Shown here: positions 52,839 to 64,000 of the stretch, in pieces
Position numbering within the stretch: position 1 is the first letter of the stretch
How the letters are laid out: each line of letters starts with the position of its first letter
Source: Octopus sinensis
Lineage: Eukaryota
Length of the DNA stretch: 64,000 nucleotides
Assembly: GCF_006345805.1 (NCBI RefSeq)
Contig: NC_043009.1
Coordinates: 32,488,001 to 32,552,000, forward strand
Direction: 5' to 3'
Program-made: the position numbers and the translations under genes
Notes under the pieces: generated by a model
The model's input: only the letters and a program-made list of their open reading frames with translations
Databases searched by the model: none
What the model was told of the DNA's origin: nothing

Positions 52839-53050
52839 CCGTGAGTTCCGCATTAATTGGCCATGAACGCTCGCTTTTTCCTGAACTTTCCATGGTACGT
52901 TGGCATCAAGTTGGGCAGCTGACCTCTACAGCGGTGCAAAAATTTTGTTCGCTGACCAACAAAACAATATCAGGTCCATCACGTTTACACCGAATTGATG
53001 TTTTAATTGGGCTGTGCCACCAGTATTCCTGTCACGGTTTGTCATTGCTA
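52835..53050 (-). mobile_element. RLE-type (R4/Dong-like) LINE endonuclease fragment
   Basis: QEYWWHSPIKTSIRCKRDGPDIVLL...CTAVEVSCP, then after a frameshift DANVPWKVQEK...GQLMRN. Confidence 0.65.
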
Positions 53051-53061
53051 GGCAACCGATT

Positions 53062-53315
53062 ATGTTTTATCTGTTGCTTGCCTCAGGCATTAGACTGGGG
53101 CCATACTGGGGCACCGCTTTGAGAAATTGTAGTCTCACTAATTGACCCCAGTACCTCTTTTATTGTCAAGCCTGGAACATATTGCATCTGGCTCTTTTAC
53201 CGAACGGCTAAATTACGGGGGCGCAAACGCCCCTACACCGGTCGTCAAGCGGTGAGGGGGACGAACACAGACACAAAGACACGCACACAAACACACACAC
53301 ACACACATATATGTG

Positions 53316-53367
<52 letters not shown>

Positions 53368-53545
53368 TGTTTGTATATACATATATATACGACCGGTTAC
53401 TTTCAGTTTCCGCCTACTAAATCAACTCACAAGGATTTAGTCCCAAGGTTATAATAGATGACACTTGCCCAAGGTTTCATGCAGTGGGACTGAATCCACA
53501 ACGATGTGGTTGTGAAGTAAACTTCTAACCACACAGCCAGGCCTG
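53062..53545 (-). mobile_element. Family B SINE, full length, diverged
   Basis: Reverse-complement homology to 40888-41342, including head, core and tail. Confidence 0.9.
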
Positions 53546-54363
53546 TATGTGCAGAAATATTTGGTAAAGCTCATTACTTCCCGTCATTTCAGTCAAGAAA
53601 CTTATGTAAACTTATTTACAATTAATTCACCGGCACGAAATCTGATTTTGTTACATACTTATTTTATTGTGAATGCACTTCCATAAGCCTACAGGTATTC
53701 AAATGAATAACGCCAATGCATTTTAGTCATAACATCTTCATGAGTACTTTTCATTTCTCCTCTCTATATTGGATGAAGATGTGTGCCCACAAGAGATGGC
53801 ACTAAATTGATTAGGGAAATTTAGCCTCCAATACTCACTCGTTTGTTCTGCAGATTGAGCTCTGTGGTTCAACTCTAGTTTTAGTTAGAAAGAATGAACA
53901 AGTCTTGGTTCTGTATCTATTTCATTCTCATGGCAAACCAAGTATATGTGAGCTTTGCAAAACGAAAAGCATATGCAAAGAAATCATTGATGGTGCATGA
54001 AAGTCCTAAGCTATGTTAAAACTATGATGGCTAATAGAGTGATTACTGCATGCCCCACATACGAGGGAAATCTGAAGTAAAAGAAGTATGCCTAAGACAA
54101 TTTGTTAGGTTAAGTTATAGTCCAGTGAGTACGTAGAAGCGGGTTAACTCATATGTATAGAAAATTGTTACAAAAAACAGTGTAATATGAAATTATCGGA
54201 AACGAAATTAGAGAGATGCTTTAAATTAGTAATTCGTAAGCTGTACCCATTTCAAAAGAAATGTGTTGAAATGAACGCCGACTCTAATAATCAACTCAAA
54301 ATGATTAATATTATTATTATGGTTACACAGATAAACAGACAGACAAACAGACAGACAGGCAGG

Positions 54364-54436
<73 letters not shown>

Positions 54437-56469
54437 GTAAGTAAATACATATATACATTGATGAATTTAACAATATTGTTAAATGCAGGTGTTGTATCTT
54501 TCAATCCCCGTATATTAACTGCGAATATGTTGAAGAAATAACTCTAATCTTAACTTAATAAATATTTAAAACAAATGTAAACTTCGAGATTTTATTTATG
54601 ACACATAAATAGAGCTAATCTCTCTCTCTCTCCCTCTCCCCCCTCTTTCTACATATTTGTGTGTGTGTTTGCATGAATATCCTGACACATCTTTTTTACA
54701 GGTGTTTGTAAATGTTTAAACACATGACACTTTATACATTTCACTTAGTATATGTGCGGGTGCATATCTGTGTGTGTCAGTGTATTATATGAACGTATGC
54801 ATGTAAAACTTAAATGTATCATTTCATATATTATGTTAGTATATTAGTTTTTTTAATGATTTGTCACATTCAGAAATAAAATTTTGTTACTTTGCATATA
54901 TATTTAGTCAATGTAAATGATATATTCTACCTTTGATTTGCAAAGATGTGGTTTCAGTTTTTCCCATGATGAAATTATATCCATAACTTGCTTAGAGATA
55001 CCTCTATTAAAATTTAATCGCATCCGTGGAATTAGAGGATTAATGAGATGACTGGAGGGACGGGATGCGTCGGAATCTTGCAGAAAATCTGTCTTATTGA
55101 TATCATCTTTCGATGCGATAAGGGATCAAACAAAATCGTGTAAGTGATGTGTTTTATTACAAAATGCATAATACACAATTTAACTTTAGAGGCATTCTAT
55201 CATTAAATATATAATGAGAAAATCGTAACGTACCTTTAATAAAATATTAAATTTTTCTTAGATTTCTCATTATTTTTCTGATGTGTAGCATAGTTTGACC
55301 ATGAAGGTCAACCAAAAAGATTTTTGTGCCAACCGACAGATGATAAGGAAGGAGAGTACTCTTTCAGGTATTTGGAATGGATGATATTGGTGGGATTGTC
55401 TTCATATATTCCTCATACATTCGTAATTGGTTATCTATACACTAAAAATGGTATATATTGTCGTTTTGAATGCTTCTAATGTTTATACCCTGCTACTTTC
55501 ACACAATGTTGGTTGTTCTCATAATATAATCACAGCTGAATCTAGAATTCCAGGTCATTTTTTTTATGTGAGACCATGGTTCTGGAATCTCCCATGTAAA
55601 GAGCTGCCTTCATGTGTTATTGATGTTCCTTTCTTGTTCAATTCCATGGCTGCCTCCAAAGTATAAAGGCTATGTCAGAAGCATGTACAGTGAAATCTGT
55701 TTGTTTTTAACTAATTTAAAGCAAGTTCTCTCATTAGTTGAAAAGATTTCAGCCAAAATCATTCTAGGTTTTCGCCAGAATTATTCTAAAAGATATTTCT
55801 GAACGCTTCTAGAAGTTTGATGGAGAGTTATAAAAGCCGATCTTAGTTAGTCTTTTTTCGATTTTAGTTAGTGGATAGCGTGCCTTCTGGAAGCTATGTC
55901 ACTCATACACACTTCTTGTATTTTGACATTCTTGCTATAATGATACAAAGCGTTACTTTCCTTTATAATGACCTTAAGTCATAAACCTAATGCTTTCTCT
56001 AGTTTAGCTTCAATGGGTTAGTTTAGTAATATAATTCTTGTCAGTTCTTTGCGACAGATAAACTCTCAGACAAATGAACAAGAAATACCTTCCTGCTATA
56101 TGTTGTTTCTCAAGTTTCTCTTTATTGACAAAGGAAAATTACTCCCGTATATTTATATGAAATTGTAATTGTGTGTATCCATTGAATAAACGATAATGAA
56201 CTGAAACTATATCTTTGAAATTGATCGCTTCTGTATTTCTCCACAAAACAATATTTAACTATTCTCGTCATTCTAGACTTTTACTACTTGCATCAGCAAG
56301 TAGTAAAAGAAATTAGTTTAATTTAAAGACAAATACATGTCACACAACATATTTAGTCAACTTAATTGTATTATATCCGATGGGTACATCATCAACCACT
56401 GAATATATATGAAGACAACAAAATAGAAGACAAAAATACATGAAAACTTTTGAACCCGACTTGATTTAA

Positions 56470-56910
56470 TGCTTGAAGTATCATCACTGTAAATTTAGGT
56501 TGCTCTTTGAGTAGTTTAATTGGCCAAATGCTACAGGCAGCGTTTGTGTCAACCAGAAATCTTTCTTTTGATACTAAGTCAAAGATGTAAAATACGCGAC
56601 TATCTGAGAAATGGCCTACAGATTTCGCAGCATCTAATATATGGCTTTGAAGTTTTCCAGCGCCTTTCTGTTCACATAGTTGAAAGAACACGGTTGCACA
56701 CATTTATAAACCTTGGTGCCAAAATGGAAATGATGCCAACAAAATGCAAAATTTCTACTAGGACTTCGTGAGCGACTACGGGATCGTCTCCGGAACTGAG
56801 AAGGAATACGTCAACTATTTCTGGCCCAATGCAAATTTTCCACTTCATTCGATAAAAGCTGGACTTTTTTTTCCAAATTCTCGCTTACTTCACATGAAGC
56901 AGAGGGCGAA
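56470..56910 (-). mobile_element. Ty3/Gypsy LTR retrotransposon gag-protease relic
   Basis: RRRSRSRSRSPSRNFAFCWHHFHFGTKVYKCVQPCSF (Gag C-terminal Cys/His motif), then in the -1 frame RVFYIFDLVSKERFLVDTNAACSIWP (protease DTG changed to DTN). Confidence 0.88.
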
Positions 56911-59307
56911 TAGAGACGTGGGATGCTATAATACGACGAAACCATTAATTTTCATTGATTGTAATTCCTTTTAATTCTTTTGTGTTTTAATTAGTATCAA
57001 ATTTTGTTATTTTCATGTAAACAATTTTGGTTTATAATCATTCTATATTGTATTACGTCTTTCTCTCTACCTGGTATTTTTTTTATTACTTATCCATCGT
57101 AAACCCGATGAATAAGTTTTAAAAAAACGGGTTTGATAGGTTTCATTCTTAACATTCGCTTTGTGCTTTTCTGTATCCCGTGAGTCTACTGGCCACTGAA
57201 GAAAAGCCGTTTTTATTCGTCTGCTGTCAATGACATTAGAGAACAAGTAAAAAACGAGACTCCTGTTCTATGAATCAGAAAACAAACCAGTCGGAACTAC
57301 GGAAATCACGTAACATTTGTGTTGTTTGAAAGAACGGTTGTGAAGAATGATATGAAGTTATCCGTTATAAGAAACAGGTGAATGAATTTCATAGTTGGTA
57401 TCGCGGAACCTACCACTCACGTCACTTTAAAATTCACTCTTCGCAGACAATCGCTAATCTTTGACAAAATAAAAGAATATGAAAAATCGAAATGGACAGA
57501 ATAATTTGTTCTTGTTTTTTAAATTACAAGAGGTAAAATAGAAGAACGGAAGATCGGAAAGCAGAAATTCACTTTTCCCAAGTAATCAATGAGTGCCAAA
57601 TATATTTTATGAATGGTCAGTCTAAAAGAACAATATACCCTCTCAGATATTTTTTCATCCTATTTCTGTAATACATTTTTTTTCCTTTTTTAATTTTCTA
57701 TCAATTTTCCTTTGTTATTATTACGTTATTCCTGTCCTCAAATCTTCATTGTGTCTCATCATAAAATGATTGATAAACAAACCAAATCAATGTTGATATT
57801 TATTTATATACTTATTGAATCTTAATGGAAGAAAGAAGAGGTAGGTGTTAAAACATTGAATATATAAGACACTAAACAATATTCATAAAATAATCACACC
57901 CTTCCTGAATATTCATCATACCATGTTCTTTCTCTGTTATGGACGAGGTGTTATTAAGGTTGGTATAAGGCATCTGCAATGTTTACTAAATACTTGCTCA
58001 ATCGGTAGCAACATCAAATATACAAAGAACCATTATCACCTAAGTATATGCTGAAACGAGTTCAACATAAACTAACAAGTGTGATTTACATATTCGACAT
58101 ATCCTCATCCATATTTGAGTAATTGGTTTATAAGGTTTTAGAAGTTGGGTACGAATACACATTTATGTTAGTGTAAGACTTTCAGTGTTCGTGCATAAAT
58201 CTGAATGTAATACATTTTCGGATATGTCACATTACTTTCAGCGATTTCTGTGCAAACTTTGATCTGTAACAACATCATTTTAAACGACAGGTATTTATTT
58301 TCCTATTTTAACTATATAACCGCATTATAATATCGAGTAATACTAATAGAACATAAAAGTTTTTGTAATCTGTATGGTCATTATCACACATGCTTATAAT
58401 GTTGAAAATATATCATAGACGAGCATACAAGCAAACAACAACAGAAGCAACTCATATATCACATATGTAAATCAGCAGACGATGCGTTTGTTTAGGTCAT
58501 TAAAATACTGTCTGCGAAAGCATGGTGCTTCTGTTTCAATTCTACTGCACGGCACCATGGTTGAAGGCAATATCATTTAAAGAGAACATTGGATTAACAA
58601 ATGGAATCTGAGAGATATTTTATGAAACATAATTCATGCGGGTTTCGTACGTCACACACTTGCACACGCGCGCATGCACACACACGCACACGTTCATACA
58701 CACGTTCACACACACACATACACACACCATATATGTATATATATATACATGCCGAAGACTACTTGGTGTAATTGATAATTATTCCAAATTAATTAATTTC
58801 ACCCTTCATTATTACGGATAACCATATTTTATCTCAGTAGATGACCACAGCATCTTGTTTTGGCTACACGCGGGTGGGAAGGCGCTGGTGACACAATCTT
58901 TTCATTCACACATTGAATTTGGTGATACTAGTTGCGGATTCTAGCTCGCTCTGATACTGAGTTGAGTTGGTGCCTTCTAGTATCTCAAAATTCAATATAT
59001 AATCATTTATGATTATAGTATTCTACGCTGAAGAGAAAAGAAGTTTTGGTAAGGTAGAATTATTTAATATTTAATTCTTATGCTTTCCTAAAAACTTGAT
59101 TTCGAAACGTGCGTCCGTAGATAACTTAAAATTGTATGATAGATTGCCGTCAATTCATTCTCTCTTACCTGTTTGTGTCTGCCTTCCAATTGCTGTTTTT
59201 ACTGAGATCTCCCTTTTTAGTAGAAGAAATAGCTATAACTCTTTGACTGCTATTTCTAAATTCGGTATGTGGTAAGGCAATTCGTTGCTAAACCCTTTAT
59301 TGCTTTG

Positions 59308-59365
<58 letters not shown>

Positions 59366-60392
59366 GAGAGAGAAAGAGAAAGATAAATTGATAGATACAT
59401 ACATACATACATACGCAACAACAGGAAACTCGGCCGAAAATATAGCACCACATAATACAAGGAAATTAGACAAGTTTATTGAAGTGGATTTAGACAACCC
59501 GCATAAACATAATAATAGTTATAGTGCAAGCAACAATAGTAATATTGATAATAACAATATTAATAAGTGTAGGAATAGGAATAAGAACAATATTAATGAT
59601 GTTAGTAATGAACTGATCATAGAAATGATAGTTATGTTAAGAAAAGAAGTGATAGAAAGCCACATATTAATTCTAACATATACAACTCGGAAAGAGAAAA
59701 CGTATATATCAGATGTGTCATATCTTAAACATAGATGAAAGTCCTAGCTCAACACCGAACATTGACAAAATAGTTTCTCGCTATAACAGGCTAAACAATT
59801 TACGTACTGTAAAATTCGACTAAAATGTATACTGATAATCAATGCTTAATATAGGACTTAGTATACAAATGTTTAATAAAAACAGGGGAATGTAGTAACT
59901 ATTATATAGGAACTTGCGGAACTGATTTACTGTCAAGATAATATGATCACATCTCTTCATTTAAATTTAAGCAAAAAAGACAACCTTGCTTCTGTAAGTA
60001 AATTAGTCTGGAGACTACAAGAGAGGACTAATAGATAAGGTATTAAATAATCTATAATAAGTAGTGCACAAGCACTTCATTGGCGGGAAATCAAGTCCGA
60101 CTTGTTCCTGGAGAAGACACTACATACCCTTACATCTAACTTCAATGTCATAGGTCAAACAAATGAATTAAGGGTAATATATTCACACGTATTTACAAGA
60201 ACTTTTAAATCCATCCCTGATATCATGGACTAGGTCAGCATCTTAAGACCAGCGTGCCTATATATTAAATATATTTAACAGAGATAGATTCATTTATATC
60301 CCCATAATATTTTCAATTCATCTAATAATCTTTATTGCTTTGACATTTATTACTATCTTTATTCTTGTTTTTACTGTTATTATTATTATCAT

Positions 60393-60850
60393 AGGAGTTG
60401 CATGGTGGACGGAATTGAAAGGATTGTAGAAGGGTACGTTCCTCTTCGGCCAAGGCCTCATTGACTTTTTCAGGTTCCACTCGAAAAGGAAAGTGAGGCT
60501 AGAGAGGGAGATGCTACCCCCTAGGAGGTTTGTTGAACGGTGGGTGAATGTGGCAAGAATGGCACGTGTGAATGGACCTACTCTAAGTGTGCACTTGTAA
60601 GCCGTATGGAATTAGGAGGAGAGGGATGCCTATATGAAGTGCCTTTGGTGTTAGGGGGTCCAAAGTGTGTGAGGTTCCTTTGGTTACTTCTCCGTAGAAC
60701 TCCCTCCTATTGGAGAAGTAAATTATTTGTTTAATCTCCTTATTAACTGTTGTGCTTTTATTTTTTGCTGTTTACAAGTTTAACCCTACTGTCCCTCGTC
60801 TGTGTATTGTCCTTTATACTGTGTTCATCCCTGGTGGCCAATAAAGAATG
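60393..60850 (+). mobile_element. Tx1/L1-like LINE 3' end
   Basis: GLIDFFRFHSKRKVRLEREMLPPRRFVERWVNVARMARVNGPTLSVHL*, then a 3' UTR with AATAAA and a simple-repeat tail. Confidence 0.6.
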
Positions 60851-60870
60851 TATTATTGTTGTTATTGTTG

Positions 60871-60904
<34 letters not shown>

Positions 60905-60972
60905 TAAGGAGGTGAGCTAGCAGAATCATTAACGCGCCGGACGAAACGCTTATCGGTATTTCGCTCGTCGCT
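60905..60972 (+). mobile_element. Family A SINE head only
   Basis: AAGGAGGTGAGCTAGCAGAATCATTAACGCGCCGGACGAAACGCTTATCGGTATTTCG. Confidence 0.75.
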
Positions 60973-60974
60973 AA

Positions 60975-61540
60975 TTCATTCAGCCATTTGTCTATATATT
61001 CGCATACTGTTTCCAATGCACCAATTATTTTACGCACGACCTTTACTGTTTGCAAGCTCCAAATTCTTCCTATTTCAAACTGTAACCGGATTGTATGTTT
61101 TTGTTTTTCTTCCTCTTGCTTTCCGATCATGGAATCAAACCGCCATGATGGGTCGATAAGTAAGCAACTTCATTTTCTTATCTACAATCATTATGTCTGG
61201 TCTATCGTTTTTGAATAGGAAAGCCCCACAAAATTTTATATTTTACCGGCCCCAATACTCTTTCGATTCGTTGATTGTACCATGAGTGTCCAGCTTCAAA
61301 TCCCGATTTCTGACATAGTTTCCATTGCATAACTTTTACAACCTGGTCGTCCCTCCATTTCTTATATTTTTCTTGTGCCAACTGGGGCATTCTTCCACAA
61401 TGCGTGCCATTGTCTCTTTCCAAGTTCCACAGGCTCTACATTTTTCTTGACACATTCTTTCCGTGTATATCTCTTCTCAAGTTCTTTGATTTTATCGCTT
61501 GATCTTTCAGGCTCTATGTTTCTTTCTTTAATTGCCCCTT
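60975..61540 (-). mobile_element. R4/Dong-like LINE remnant (copy 3, old)
   Basis: CP.LAQEKYKKWRDDQVVKVMQWKLCQK...WY...KILWGFPIQ, followed by RPDIMI and KIIGALETV. Confidence 0.8.
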
Positions 61541-61566
61541 TTATTATTATTATCATTATTATCATT

Positions 61567-62215
61567 CCTTCGTAACCCAGTGTCGGTAAAAATGCATAGG
61601 AGTGGTTAGTCATCTGTGAAGTCACAACAGGGATCTCAGACGGATAATACTTTCCTTAAGATGTGTGCTGTGCTCAATAAGGCTGCTTTTTGCAAGACAT
61701 CAATCTTGTACGGGATTTCCAGTTCCCTTAAGCAGTTTTGAAGTTTCAATGGGATTGAGCCCGACACTCCAATCACCACTGGTATCACTTTTACATTACC
61801 CTCTCGTATTCCATAGTCCTGTCATTTACAATTTCGATTCGGAGTACTTTGTGATTTTTCCAACCTCTTTACTCACAGCATTCATGTAATTTGGTATGAC
61901 TACATCAATGATCTGACGGTATTTGTCTCTCTTATTCAATATGACAATATAGGGCCGACGGTGTTTGATTACTCGATCCGTCTGAAAAATCATAATCCCA
62001 GAGTATCGTTACTTTTCCATCCTCCTGAATAACTTTACTTGGTACATACTCATACCAGTTCTCTGTTCCTTCAAATTGATATTTACAGTATAACAGCCAA
62101 TGAAGATACACACACACTTTATCGTGGGTCAAATTTTCCAGACACTTGCCACAGAGTCTGCATTTCTGGGTGTCAGAAGTTTTATAGATGCTATACTTCA
62201 CTGAATTGCCTTATT
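61567..62215 (-). mobile_element. R4/Dong-like LINE 3' remnant (copy 2) ending in a (TAA)n-like tract
   Basis: KCRLCGK...HDKVCVYLHW...WYEYVP..V...GKVTILWD, then RRP.IVI and IIDVVIP. TAA-rich tract at 61541-61566. Confidence 0.85.
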
Positions 62216-62823
62216 TTAACAAATTTTTATTTTTTATTTTTTTAATTATTTAATTAACTTTCTATTAAGGTTACTTAATAGTTTAATTTAAGTTCTATTA
62301 AGTTTGCATAATAGTTTAATTTAATTTAGTTTATTTTAACATATTTTGATTAATTTATTTTATTCTTATTTTTAAAACTTTATTTCTAATTTTAATTTTA
62401 TCTTTTCTTTCTGCCTCAGGTAATCTTAAACATGTTGCAATTATGTTAAATTTTACATTTTACATATTTATTCCCCAACGAAAACACGTCTCTTCTAAAT
62501 ATAATATATTTACTTGTAAATAATCCACTGGTCATCTCGTTTGGGATAATCTCTAAACCTTCGAGCCAAAGCCTATATTTATAATTAATACTGATCAATT
62601 GACATTCCTTTGTGAACATAATAAATATATTATGAACAGGTTAAGCTGTATTTGGCTTCTCTCAATATATGTTGAGGTCAATAACAGTTTAAGAGGAGTA
62701 TAAATGTTTGCCATATATTTCAATTCTACCTTAACCTTACAATTCCTAGGTATGTCTGGAGTGACAAGCACCTACAACTTATTTTGGTCAAACTCTTTTA
62801 AGTTCGCTATTATTATTATTATT

Positions 62824-64000
62824 CAGTAGTTTTATTTTTATAGCGTGCTTTCACTTTACTACCGAGCGCAGCTCTGTGTGCCTTGAGTATGTGCTGTGAT
62901 TTGTTGTGATGCTCTGATGGTTATTGTATGGAAAGTGTTCTGCGTAGGATGGGTGCGGTGCCTAGTAGTGCAATTTTCTGTATGTTATATGTGTTTGTAA
63001 GTCCTGGTGTTTTTGTTATGTATTTGTCTGAATATTTTTTTATCATGCCTAATGCACCTACTATGATAGGAATTGTTTCTGTTTTCAGGTTCCACATTCT
63101 AGTTATCTCTATTTCCAGGTCTTTGTATTTTGAGAGTTTCTCCATTTCTTTTAGAGACACGTTGTCATCTGCCGGTATTGATACATCAATTAGAAAGCAT
63201 TTTTTTTCTTCATGGTCTCTGATATCTGATTTGTTGGCCTTAATTTCTCTATCTGTGTGTATCGGCATATCCCAGAGTATGGTTGCTTTCTCGTTTTCTG
63301 TGACCTTTTCTGGTGTGTGCCTATACCATCTTTTTTCTGTTGTTATTCCATAATGTTGGCATAGCTTCCAATGTATGTAGGTTCCAACTCTGTCATGTCT
63401 GTGAATATATTCCTTCTTAGCCAGGACTGGGCAGCTAGAGATAATATGATTTATTGTTTCTTGTCCATCTCCACATATTCTGCAGTTACTTGTAATATTT
63501 CTTTTCATTACATGTTTTTGGTAATTTCTGGTGGGGAGGCTTTGGTCTTGTGCTGCAATTAAAAATCCCTCCGTTTCTGCTTTGAGTCCTGAGCTTCTCA
63601 ACCATTGCTGGGATTTTTCTTTGTCTATTTCTTTTGCGTTTAGTTTAGTGCAGTATTTACCATGAAGGGGCTTTTCTTGCCATCGTTTTATCATGGCTCG
63701 TTGCTGTTCTATTTTTAGTTTGGATTTCATTTGTTTTATAGCTTTTGTTGTTTCATCATCATCTTCTTCTTCTTCTTTGTGTTTATTAGGTGGTATGATT
63801 TCTTGTTTGTATTAGTCAGCTTCCTTAAATACTGAGAACAGTTTTTTGTTTTGCTCGTGTTTTGCTGCTATCTGGATCAGTTTTCCTTCCTTCTGAAGTA
63901 GGTATTTTTGTAGTCCTATGGTGGTTATTTTATAGTAGTTTTCCAGCTGTATAAGGCCTCTACCACCTTCTATACGTTGTATATATAGTCTTTCTATGTC
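62824..64000 (-). mobile_element. R4/Dong-clade RLE non-LTR retrotransposon, 3' part (continues past the window end)
   Basis: RLYIQRIEGGRGL, CCHC finger CRICGDGQETINHIISSC, RHD, and the RLE motif IDVSIP...KEMEKLSKY. 3' UTR ends in (TAA)n at 62808-62823. Confidence 0.93.
62921..64000 (-). pseudogene. Dong-like ORF (RT thumb, zinc finger, RLE) with one in-frame stop
   Basis: Continuous frame except for TAA at 63812-63814. The usual RPD motif reads KSD with a short deletion after it. Confidence 0.85.

Overview
AT-rich eukaryotic DNA, almost certainly intergenic or intronic animal sequence. The SINE families, the microsatellite load ((TA)n, (TG)n, (GATA)n, (TAA)n) and the LINE mix look like an Octopus/coleoid cephalopod genome; this is recognised from memory, not from a database search. 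I could not identify an intact host gene with confidence, and most ORF-track entries are microsatellite read-through. The window is a dense transposon patchwork. DNA elements: a near-intact DD37D (maT) Tc1/mariner, a decayed DD34D mariner, several MITE/foldback elements and two Helitron-like non-autonomous elements. Retroelements: a CR1/L2-group LINE with an internal deletion, three head-to-tail R4/Dong-like RLE LINE remnants in (TAA)n tracts, Tx1-like and RTE fragments, a Ty3/Gypsy gag-pro relic and three tRNA-derived SINE families. The most interesting signals are (1) a complete minimal type I hammerhead ribozyme fold at 50365-50407 (minus) in a 2-kb non-coding Penelope-like element, with a second, degenerate hammerhead in a 1.1-kb foldback at about 2-3 kb; (2) TIR-flanked elements with a central tRNA-like/B-box cassette; (3) a SINE and a LINE in the same window that share a 3' tail; (4) a possible half HDV-like ribozyme at an RTE 5' end; and (5) weak candidate exons of an ANF-receptor/iGluR-type gene and a decayed GPCR-like segment.
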